Counted from the first letter of the stretch, positions 1-7,128 are shown. The stretch is 13,517 bases of DNA from Hormoscilla sp. (GCA_051439505.1 JBFRWI010000155.1:1-13517); one strand, 5' to 3'. Program-made: numbers and translations. The notes: generated from the sequence alone by a model not told the origin.

Positions 1-160
1 TCATGACACCTACGGGTGAGCGCCAGCTCGTAGCTCTGTCGTCTGGCTTTAAGGAACGGAACGAATGGATTTTGTAGGACCGCGTGAGTTAGATGTAAAA
101 AGCTCCTTTAACTTGACCGAGGCAAACGTTACCCCTTTTTAGGGAGAGCCGAAAGGCAGC
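1..160 (+). ncRNA. HEARO/omegaRNA-like structured RNA (IS200/IS605 IscB-type scaffold), truncated at its 5' end by the window edge
   Basis: The motif order matches my recollection of cyanobacterial IscB omegaRNAs: GACACCTACGG..GCCAG..CGTAGCTCTGTC, TTAA..., AAAAGC..TAAC, CGAGGCAAAC.TTACC. Visible pairings are 5-8/37-40, 10-16/27-33 and 41-49/86-94. The 3' hairpins are CCCT-TTTT-AGGG (133-144) and GCC-GAAA-GGC (148-157). Not confirmed with a covariance model. Confidence 0.7.
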
Positions 161-166
161 AAAATA

Positions 167-196
167 GTCACTGGCCACGCAGCTAGTGGCTTTTTT
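167..196 (+). terminator. Rho-independent terminator
   Basis: 9-bp stem GTCACTGGC (167-175) / GCTAGTGGC (182-190) with two G-U pairs and a 6-nt loop, followed by T6 (191-196). Confidence 0.75.
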
Positions 197-235
197 GCGT
201 CGCGTCAACCGCCTAAGGAGCGGGATTTTCCGGAA
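197..235 (+). mobile_element. Possible IS200/IS605-type right-end hairpin of a non-autonomous element
   Basis: Short GC hairpin CCGC-CTAAGGA-GCGG (209-223) followed by GATTTTCC. It resembles the subterminal hairpins of IS605-family ends and lies directly after the omegaRNA-like sequence. Confidence 0.35.
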
Positions 236-251
236 ATTACCAGTTTTTTAG

Positions 252-257
252 TATACT
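252..257 (+). promoter_or_regulatory. Candidate -10 element (TATACT) for the TIR-WD40 gene
   Basis: TATACT in an AT-rich stretch about 75 nt upstream of ATG 333. No clear -35 box. Confidence 0.25.
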
Positions 258-290
258 GTAAGAAAGGGTAGCATCTCTATATCTTGGTAT

Positions 291-307
291 GAGAAACCGG
301 GTTTCTC
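291..307. repeat. Short palindromic dispersed repeat GAGAAACCGGGTTTCTC
   Basis: 8-bp perfect arms around a single G. AGAAACCGGGTTTCT is a palindrome I recognise as a common dispersed repeat in filamentous cyanobacteria. Confidence 0.65.
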
Positions 308-332
308 TGGTTTGGGTTTGTGGAGGTACCAT

Positions 333-3300
333 ATGACTTCAATGTTCGATGCTTTTATCTCTTACGGACGAGCTGATAGCAAAGCCTTTGCTAAAAGACT
401 TCAATCTCGCTTGTCACAACAAGGTTTTAATGTCTGGTTTGACTCCAAGGACATCCCCCTGGCGGTAGATTTCCAGAATGAAATAGATGATGGGATTGAA
501 AAATCACAGAACTTCCTGTTCATCATTAGTCCCCATTCTGTCAATTCGGACTACTGTCGCAAGGAAATTGAGCTAGCAGTTAAGCTGAACAAACGCATCA
601 TCCCACTGTTACACGTCATGGAAATTAGCCGGGAAACCTGGCAAGAAAGAAACCCGAATGACACGGCGTCCGAGTGGGAAGCTTACAAAGCGAAAGGGTC
701 GCACCATACGTACAATAATCCGAAGATGCACCCGATAATTAGCAAGCTCAACGGGTTGTATGTCCGAGAGGGGATAGACGATTTTGAGAAATCATTAGCA
801 GCTTTAATCGATTTACTCGGCCTTCATGCTGATTATATACAACAGCATACCCAGTTGTTAGTCAAGGCTTTGGACTGGGAGCGAAATCAAAAGCAAACCA
901 GCTACCTGTTGACCGGAGAAGAAACCCAGGATGCCTTAAACTGGCTCAAGCACCGCTTTAAGGAGGAGCAATATCCTTGTACTCCCACGGATCTGCACTG
1001 TGAGTTTATCACTGAAAGCATCAAGAATGGCAATAACTTGATGACCCAGGTGTTGCTTTCCTATGCTGATGAGGACCGGGGGACAATGGAGAAGCTTCGC
1101 AATAGTCTGAGGCGATCGGGGATGACGGTTTGGACGAATACAACTGATATTCAAACGGGGGAAGTATTTCCCGAAGCGATTAAACGCGGGATCGAACAGG
1201 CGGATAATTTGGTTTATCTGCTGTCCCCTGACTCGATAAACTCGACTTACTGTCAGCAAGAATTGGATTTAGCGGTGGAGTTAAATAAGCGGATTATTCC
1301 TGTACGGGTGCGAGAGACTGACCCGATGCAGGAACCGACGGCGCTGCGGGATTTGCATTATATTGACCTGACGGATAATGTCAAGGAAGAAGATTACCTG
1401 CGGGATGAAAGCGAACTGTTGAAGATTCTGCTGACTGATGAGGATTACTACAGGAAGCATAAAATGCTGTTGACAAAAGCCCTGAAGTGGCAGGAGCAGC
1501 AAAATAATCCTAGCATTCTCCTGCGGGGGTATAATTTGGGGAGTGCGGAAACTTGGTTGCAGGTGGCGCAAAAAAGGACGCAGCATCGACCTACGCCCTT
1601 ACAGGAAGAATTTATTGCTGAAAGTCAGCGGCGACCGGAGTTAGAGTCCCTGGATGTGTTTATTTCCTATTCCCGTGCCGATTCTGATTTTGCCAGGAAG
1701 CTGAACGATGATTTACAGATCCAGGGGAAGATGACTTGGTTTGACCAGGAAAGTATTGCGGAGGGTACGGATTTTGCCCAGGAGATTAAAAATGGGATTA
1801 AATCCTGTGACAATTTCCTGTTTATTATCTCACCGCGATCGGTAAAATCGCCCTATTGCGAGGATGAGGTGGAGTATGCAGCATCCTTGAATAAACGTTT
1901 TGTGACGGTGGTGCATCGGGAGGTGAATACGGAGGAGGATTTGCATCCCGAGTTGGGGAAGGTGCAGTGGCTTGATTTCCAGCATCAGGGGGATTTTAAT
2001 GCCAAATTTAACCAATTGGTGAGGACGCTAGATACGGACCGGGAACACCTGCGCAGTCATACTAAATGGTTGCAGCGGGCGTGGGATTGGGACCAGAAGC
2101 AGAAAAGTGAGGATTTGTTGTTGCGGGGGAACCAGTGTGCCGTTGCCCTAAACTGGTTGCTGGAAACGGAAAAACAACAGAAAAAGCCTGCCGCGACGAC
2201 CTTGCAGAAGGAATTTATTCAGGCGAGTCAGAGGGCGATGGAAGCGGCACGGGAAGAAGAAAAACGCCGACAAGCTGAAATGCTGCGTTTGCGAACGCAG
2301 GAAGCTGAAGCACGACTGGCCGAACAGAAAAAAACTGCCAGACTACAAATGTTTTCGCTTGGCGCTGTCAGTGTGGCATTGGTAGCTGCTCTTGGCGCTG
2401 GTGGGTTGGCTTTCGTACAGCAGCAGAAATTAGAAAAAGTCATTGAAGCTCAAATCAAATCTTTGGGTCGATTATCCTTGGTACTGACGAACTCAGATCT
2501 GAAGTTTGATGCTCTAGTTGAAGGCATCAGGGCAAAAACGCTACTGAAAAATTTGAATCCAGTTAGGCCAGAAACTCAGGAGCCAGTTTTGACCGCTTTG
2601 CAGCCAGCAGTTTATGAAGTTGGAGAAAAATATAGAGAGCGCGATCGGCTAATCGGGCATAATGATGAGGTCTACAATATTGCCTTCAGCCCCGATGGCC
2701 AGACCATTGCTTCTGCTGGTTTCGACAAAACGGTTAAACTCTGGAGCCAAGAAGGAAAACTGATCAACACTCTTGAGGGCCATGAAGATAAGGTCTACAA
2801 TATTGCCTTCAGCCCCGATGGCAAGACCGTTGCTTCTGCTAGTTATGATGGAACCGTCAAACTCTGGAACCTTCAAGGTCAAGAGCTTAAAACCTTCAAT
2901 GCGTCTGAAGTAAATTGGACCCCTGGCTTCAGACTCGATGGCAAGAATATTGCTTCCAACAGCGTCGCCTTTAGCCCTGATGGCCAGACCATTGCTTCTG
3001 CTAGTTATGACGGAAGCATCAAACTATGGAGCAAAGAAGGAGAACTGCTGAAGACCTTCGAGAAGCAGGAAGATCGTCTCAGCAGCATTGCCTTCAGCCC
3101 GGACGGCCAGACCATTGCTTCTGCTGGTGAGGGCAAGATAGTCAAACTCTGGAACAAAGAAGGACAACTGCTGTACAGTCTGGAGGGGCATGAAGATGCG
3201 GTCTACAGCGTTGCCTTCAGCCCGGACGGCCAGACTCTTGCTTCTGCTAGTTTGGACAAATCTGTCAAACTCTGGAACCTTAAAGGGGAACTGCTGCACA

Positions 3301-4604
3301 CCCTCCAGGGGCATGAAGATGGGGTCAGCAACGTCGCCTTCAGCCCCGATGGCAAGACTATTGCTTCTGCTAGTTGGGACCGAACCATCAAACTCTGGAG
3401 CAAAGAAGGAAAACTGCTGCACACCCTCCAGGGGCATAAAGATGGAGTCAGCAGCGTCACCTTTAGCCCCGATGGCAAGACTATTGCTTCTGCTAGTTTA
3501 GACAAATCTGTCAAACTCTGGAACCTTGCTCAACAACTGCAAACCCTCCACGGTGAGAACTATGGCGCTGTTTTAAGCCCAGACGGCAAAACCATTGCTT
3601 CTGATACTGGGGACGAAACCGTCAAACTCTGGAACAAAGAAGGAAAACTGCTGCACACTCTGAAGGGACATGAAGAATCGATCTACAGCATTACCTTCAG
3701 CCCCGACAGTCAGACCATTGCTTCTACTAGCTGGGACAATACAGTGAAACTCTGGAACAAAGAAGGAAAACTGCTGCATACTCTTGAGGATCATAAAGAG
3801 TTAGTCGAAAGCGTCGCCTTCAGTCCTGATGGTCAGATAATTGCTTCTGCCAGTCGGGACGAAACTGTCAAACTCTGGAATAAAGAAGGTCAACTGCTGT
3901 ACACTCTGAAGGGGCATAAACATTATGTTAAGAGTGTCGCCTTCAGCCCCGACGGTCAGACGATCGCTTCTGTTGATGTGTATACCGTTAAACTCTGGAA
4001 CCTTCAAGGAAAACTGCTACACACCCTAGAGCGGGATAAAGATGCCTTCTTCTATAGTGCTGTTTTCAGCCGCGACGGTCAGATCCTTGCTTCTGCCAGT
4101 TCAGACGGAACCGTCAAACTCTGGAACCTTCAAGGAAAAGAGCTGCACACCCTTGAAGGGCATAAAGACTGGGTCTCCCAAGTCGCCTTCAGCCCCGACG
4201 GCAAGACGATCGCTTCTGCTAGCAAAGACAAAACCGTGAAACTCTGGAACCTTCAAGGAGAACTGCTGCATACCCTAGAGGGGCATGAAGATGCAGCCTT
4301 CCACGTTGCCTTCAGTCCCGACGGCCAGACGATCGCTTCTGATAGTAGGGACGGAACCGTCAAACTCTGGAATCTTCAAGGTCAACTGCTGCAAACTCTC
4401 CAGCTATCTGAAGGTGGGGTTGAAATCGTCGGTTTTAGCGATGATAAGACCCTTGTTTCTGCTGGTGCTGTCAGGAAAGTGATTCTGTGGAATTTAGCAG
4501 ATTTAACTCTAGAATCACTCACGCAGGATGCTTGTGATTGGGTGGGGGATTATCTGAAGCACAATGCCCCAGAGGAGGATAAGAATCTCTGCGACGGATA
4601 TTGA
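333..4604 (+). CDS. Triple TIR-domain, single-TM, WD40-repeat protein (~1423 aa)
   Basis: ATG 333 is preceded by GGAGG (322-326). Three TIR domains begin DAFISY (348), QVLLSY (1047) and DVFISY (1653), each with an SP-x-S-x-x-S-x-YC-x-x-E motif. There is a hydrophobic segment at 2349-2417 and 15 WD40 repeats (GH...FSPDG..IASAS.D.TVKLW) at ~2650-4493. Confidence 0.95.
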   Translation: MTSMFDAFISYGRADSKAFAKRLQSRLSQQGFNVWFDSKDIPLAVDFQNEIDDGIEKSQNFLFIISPHSVNSDYCRKEIELAVKLNKRIIPLLHVMEISRETWQERNPNDTASEWEAYKAKGSHHTYNNPKMHPIISKLNGLYVREGIDDFEKSLAALIDLLGLHADYIQQHTQLLVKALDWERNQKQTSYLLTGEETQDALNWLKHRFKEEQYPCTPTDLHCEFITESIKNGNNLMTQVLLSYADEDRGTMEKLRNSLRRSGMTVWTNTTDIQTGEVFPEAIKRGIEQADNLVYLLSPDSINSTYCQQELDLAVELNKRIIPVRVRETDPMQEPTALRDLHYIDLTDNVKEEDYLRDESELLKILLTDEDYYRKHKMLLTKALKWQEQQNNPSILLRGYNLGSAETWLQVAQKRTQHRPTPLQEEFIAESQRRPELESLDVFISYSRADSDFARKLNDDLQIQGKMTWFDQESIAEGTDFAQEIKNGIKSCDNFLFIISPRSVKSPYCEDEVEYAASLNKRFVTVVHREVNTEEDLHPELGKVQWLDFQHQGDFNAKFNQLVRTLDTDREHLRSHTKWLQRAWDWDQKQKSEDLLLRGNQCAVALNWLLETEKQQKKPAATTLQKEFIQASQRAMEAAREEEKRRQAEMLRLRTQEAEARLAEQKKTARLQMFSLGAVSVALVAALGAGGLAFVQQQKLEKVIEAQIKSLGRLSLVLTNSDLKFDALVEGIRAKTLLKNLNPVRPETQEPVLTALQPAVYEVGEKYRERDRLIGHNDEVYNIAFSPDGQTIASAGFDKTVKLWSQEGKLINTLEGHEDKVYNIAFSPDGKTVASASYDGTVKLWNLQGQELKTFNASEVNWTPGFRLDGKNIASNSVAFSPDGQTIASASYDGSIKLWSKEGELLKTFEKQEDRLSSIAFSPDGQTIASAGEGKIVKLWNKEGQLLYSLEGHEDAVYSVAFSPDGQTLASASLDKSVKLWNLKGELLHTLQGHEDGVSNVAFSPDGKTIASASWDRTIKLWSKEGKLLHTLQGHKDGVSSVTFSPDGKTIASASLDKSVKLWNLAQQLQTLHGENYGAVLSPDGKTIASDTGDETVKLWNKEGKLLHTLKGHEESIYSITFSPDSQTIASTSWDNTVKLWNKEGKLLHTLEDHKELVESVAFSPDGQIIASASRDETVKLWNKEGQLLYTLKGHKHYVKSVAFSPDGQTIASVDVYTVKLWNLQGKLLHTLERDKDAFFYSAVFSRDGQILASASSDGTVKLWNLQGKELHTLEGHKDWVSQVAFSPDGKTIASASKDKTVKLWNLQGELLHTLEGHEDAAFHVAFSPDGQTIASDSRDGTVKLWNLQGQLLQTLQLSEGGVEIVGFSDDKTLVSAGAVRKVILWNLADLTLESLTQDACDWVGDYLKHNAPEEDKNLCDGY
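2650..4493 (+). repeat. Intragenic tandem WD40 repeat array, ~123-nt period, 15 units
   Basis: Recurring GCCTTCAGCCCCGATGGC..ACCATTGCTTCTGCTAG and GTCAAACTCTGGAAC blocks; 41-aa units. Confidence 0.95.
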
Positions 4605-4615
4605 GAAGTCTCCTG

Positions 4616-4669
4616 GCCCGCCGTGGGTTAAAACCCACGGCTAATAGCTTAAGTGGGTTAAAACCCACT
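4616..4669 (+). repeat. Double-hairpin REP/MITE-like repeat, copy A (may also terminate the TIR-WD40 transcript)
   Basis: Hairpins GCCGTGGGTT-AA-AACCCACGGC (4620-4641) and AGTGGGTT-AA-AACCCACT (4652-4669). The unit begins 12 nt after the stop codon. Confidence 0.85.
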
Positions 4670-4818
4670 CTCTAGCCTTGTCGCTGATTCGTGATTACCG
4701 CTTTAGTGATAGTCCTTGCTGGCTGAATGTCCCCATATTGCTACTCGGTTAATGCTAAAATACCTTGGCGGTCGAAACGCGATCGAGCGAAATAAAAGTA
4801 TCATAAAGGATAATCACC

Positions 4819-5148
4819 ATGTCAAAACTCAATGAATGGGGGAAGATAGTTGCCGGCACGATCCTCTTACTAATGTTAAACGCGATCGCCATAACAATCG
4901 GGTTGACAATCGGATCCATAATATACGAAAGTAGCATAGGGCAAACTCCTGTTGGCAGACTGCTAAATATGCTCCTCACAGCAGCTATATTGGGAATTAG
5001 CATATCGCAATTATTGTACGCAATTCCCATATGTCTGTGGCTGAAATATCAGGAGAAAATAGCCTTGCTGAAAGGGGCGATCGTCGGTGCAGTGATTACC
5101 GCTTTATTAAATGGCGGCTGCTGGTTAATAGCATTTGACATTTTCTAG
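4819..5148 (+). CDS. Small hypothetical membrane protein (109 aa, ~3 TM helices)
   Basis: AAGGA upstream of the ATG. Three hydrophobic segments. The C-terminal QLLY.IP..LW....KG.I.GAVITALLNGGCW resembles a conserved cyanobacterial hypothetical family. Confidence 0.85.
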   Translation: MSKLNEWGKIVAGTILLLMLNAIAITIGLTIGSIIYESSIGQTPVGRLLNMLLTAAILGISISQLLYAIPICLWLKYQEKIALLKGAIVGAVITALLNGGCWLIAFDIF

Positions 5149-5185
5149 AACTCTTGGTTATTATTGGTTATATTTAGATGTTTTT

Positions 5186-5273
5186 AGTCGGTTTTCAACC
5201 GACTTTAGCTATTAGCCGGGGGTTTGAACCCCCGGCGGGCTTTAGCTATGACGCGGGGGTTTGAACGACGGGC
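5186..5273 (-). repeat. Double-hairpin REP/MITE-like repeat, copy B (inverted relative to copy A) plus a degenerate partial third copy
   Basis: The reverse complement of 5186-5240 aligns to 4616-4669 at 48 of 55 positions. 5240-5273 repeats CTTTAGCTAT...CGGGGGTTTGAAC. Confidence 0.85.
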
Positions 5274-6650
5274 CCCCAGTTCCTCAAACACAAGTTGCGC
5301 TAACTTTTCTGCGGCCCCAGGTTGACCGCGTACAGCCCGCAGACGATCGGCCATCTGTTCCAACTTCTCGGGATGGGCCAAAAAGTCCAAAACCAAAGCT
5401 GCCACATCTTGGGACTGAAGCTGACCAACTAATTCAGGGACGATCGCCTCACCGGCCCAAATATTCGGCCAAGCAAATAAGCGACCTTGTCGGAGAACCA
5501 ACCAATTAATTAATTTAGCCAAACTTGAACCAAAAAAAGGTAAATTAGCGAGTAACCCAGGTAACCCATCCCAGGCCCGCATGGCATCCAACTGCTGGGT
5601 AGGCAGCAACACGATCATCGGCACGGCTAAGGCCCCCAATTGGGCCGTATTCGCCCCCACCGTAGTCAAGCATAACATACATTGAGATAAAATATCGTCA
5701 GCGGGAAATTCCGTCCAAAGTTCCACCCGTAAACCAGTTGGAGTTTGCAAACAAGGGCGATCGCCTGCCATCACCAACTCTCCCACCCCCGTCGGCCATT
5801 GTTGAATTAAAGGATTGCGATCGGGGTCGGCAAAAGCTGCTAAAGTGTCCATATCCAAGGTGGGTGCCACGGGAATAACGAACCGAGTTGTCCGCCGCTG
5901 CTTGTAAATCTCCTGGGCAACTGCTAAAGTCAGGGGAACGCCCTGAGATAGCTTGGCAGGTTTTGACCCAGGCAGCAATCCAATCAATTCTAATGGTCCC
6001 ATACCAATTTTCTCATCAAGCCCGCGCAGGCGGGCTTCGTCCTTGTAGCCCCACCCTTGAGGGTGGGGGTATGGAGGTAATTTCTCATCAAGCCCGCCTG
6101 CGCGGGCTTCGTCCTTGTAGCCCCACCCTTGAGGGTGGGGATAGGGGTGAGGGGGCACATCGGCCATCAAGTCCCCAACCACGGTAAACTTACTAGCAAA
6201 TTTAGGCTTGACAGGGGCAGCAATCTCTGGTTTAATCACCCCAAAGCGATCGATCCAACCATGCCAGCGGGCATCCCATTCGGCATAAACCACAGTGCGA
6301 TAACCCAGTCGCCTGGCAATAACCACCGGAAAAAATTGATCGCCTCCCAAGAAAACTACAACACCCCAGTTACTCCAGTCCCAATTGTCCGCCGTTTTCC
6401 CCCAAAGCAAAAATGAGATAAAATATTCGGGTCCTTGTACCCGATCGACTTCTCCATAGGAAAGGGCGATCGCGGCTTCCTTACCGGTAGCATGGGGACA
6501 AGGAGACAGTACCACCGAAATCCTTACCCTCACATCGGGGGACTGTTGGCGCAAAGCTTGCACCACAGGACGCACCCAAGTAGTCACTTCTCCCGGTCCA
6601 TTGGAGAGAATTAAAATATCAGCTATTGAATTTGAGACATTTATGGACAT
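5205..6650 (-). CDS. Lipid-A-disaccharide synthase (LpxB)-like GT-B glycosyltransferase (~481 aa)
   Basis: Motifs DILILSNGPGE, FLGGDQ, VGDLM, LIGLLPGSK, TTVGANTA.L and PNIWAGEAIVPEL are typical of the cyanobacterial LpxB-like paralog. The start is set at ATG 6650 because the extension to 6833 is antisense to the ankyrin gene. Confidence 0.88.
   Translation of the reverse strand: MSINVSNSIADILILSNGPGEVTTWVRPVVQALRQQSPDVRVRISVVLSPCPHATGKEAAIALSYGEVDRVQGPEYFISFLLWGKTADNWDWSNWGVVVFLGGDQFFPVVIARRLGYRTVVYAEWDARWHGWIDRFGVIKPEIAAPVKPKFASKFTVVGDLMADVPPHPYPHPQGWGYKDEARAGGLDEKLPPYPHPQGWGYKDEARLRGLDEKIGMGPLELIGLLPGSKPAKLSQGVPLTLAVAQEIYKQRRTTRFVIPVAPTLDMDTLAAFADPDRNPLIQQWPTGVGELVMAGDRPCLQTPTGLRVELWTEFPADDILSQCMLCLTTVGANTAQLGALAVPMIVLLPTQQLDAMRAWDGLPGLLANLPFFGSSLAKLINWLVLRQGRLFAWPNIWAGEAIVPELVGQLQSQDVAALVLDFLAHPEKLEQMADRLRAVRGQPGAAEKLAQLVFEELGARRSNPRVIAKARRGFKPPANS
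6009..6140. repeat. Two tandem copies (72-nt period) of a two-hairpin GTAG-type REP/SDR inserted in frame in the LpxB-like gene
   Basis: 6009-6068 and 6081-6140 are identical except for a 4-nt loop. The hairpins are AAGCCCGC-N4-GCGGGCTT and GTAG+CCCCACCCTTGAGGGTGGGG. The protein repeats PYPHPQGWGYKDEAR..GLDEK twice. Confidence 0.92.
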
Positions 6651-7128
6651 TATCGAAGCAGTAAAAAACAGCGACCTCTCTACAGTAAAAACCTTGATTG
6701 ACGAAGGTGCCGATGTCAACATCAAAGAAGAATCCGAAGGTTCCACCCCCTTAATCACTGCCGCCGCAGCTGGTAATAATGACATTCTCCAAGCATTATT
6801 AACAGCTGGTGCCGATGTGAATGGGACGGACAATGACGGTTGGACTCCCTTGATGGAAGCTGCTGCTCATGGTAATATAGATATGGTGGAAATTATCCTA
6901 GCCGCTGGCGCTGACGTGAATGCTAAAACTAACTTCGGCATGACCGCTTTAATGACTGCTGCTGCCAAAGGTCATCGCCCGATCGCCCAAACATTATTAG
7001 ACCGAGGTGCGGACCTCAAGGCTAAGGATAACAACAGTTGGACAGCCCTAATTTGGGCGGCATCGGAAAATAAAACTGAAATAGTAGAATTAATCAAAAA
7101 AGCCCGATCGCAGCAAGCTAAAGGCTAA
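6643..7128 (+). CDS. Ankyrin repeat protein (~161 aa, 4-5 repeats)
   Basis: Repeated G.TPL..AA..G...I...LL.AGADVN motifs. The likely start is ATG 6643 (MDIIEAVK) rather than TTG 6601. Confidence 0.93.
   Translation: MDIIEAVKNSDLSTVKTLIDEGADVNIKEESEGSTPLITAAAAGNNDILQALLTAGADVNGTDNDGWTPLMEAAAHGNIDMVEIILAAGADVNAKTNFGMTALMTAAAKGHRPIAQTLLDRGADLKAKDNNSWTALIWAASENKTEIVELIKKARSQQAKG

Noticed and set aside
312..332. TTG start at 312 for the TIR protein (likewise the GTG starts at 11733 and 11896)
   Set aside because: Downstream ATGs (333, 11673, 11956) fit better. The first two have Shine-Dalgarno-like sequences, and all three sit at the start of the recognisable domain.
2649..4482. Multiple repetitive ORFs on the opposite strand or in alternate frames within the WD40 array
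   Set aside because: By-products of the 123-nt repeat periodicity, with no independent coding evidence.
2650..4493. Diversity-generating retroelement acting on the WD40 repeats
   Set aside because: No reverse transcriptase or template repeat in the window, and the differences between repeats are not confined to adenines.
4755..5030. 91-aa minus-strand hydrophobic ORF
   Set aside because: Antisense to the better-supported 4819-5148 gene, which has an RBS and a family-like C-terminal motif.
6009..6140. Possible mini-CRISPR array (also considered for 4620-4669 and 10550-10893)
   Set aside because: Only 2-3 units, no unique spacers of CRISPR length and no cas genes. These are tandem duplications or REP hairpins.
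6651..6833. N-terminal extension of the LpxB-like ORF as given in the ORF track
   Set aside because: It lies antisense to the well-formed ankyrin repeats, and family similarity begins only at DILILSNGPGE.
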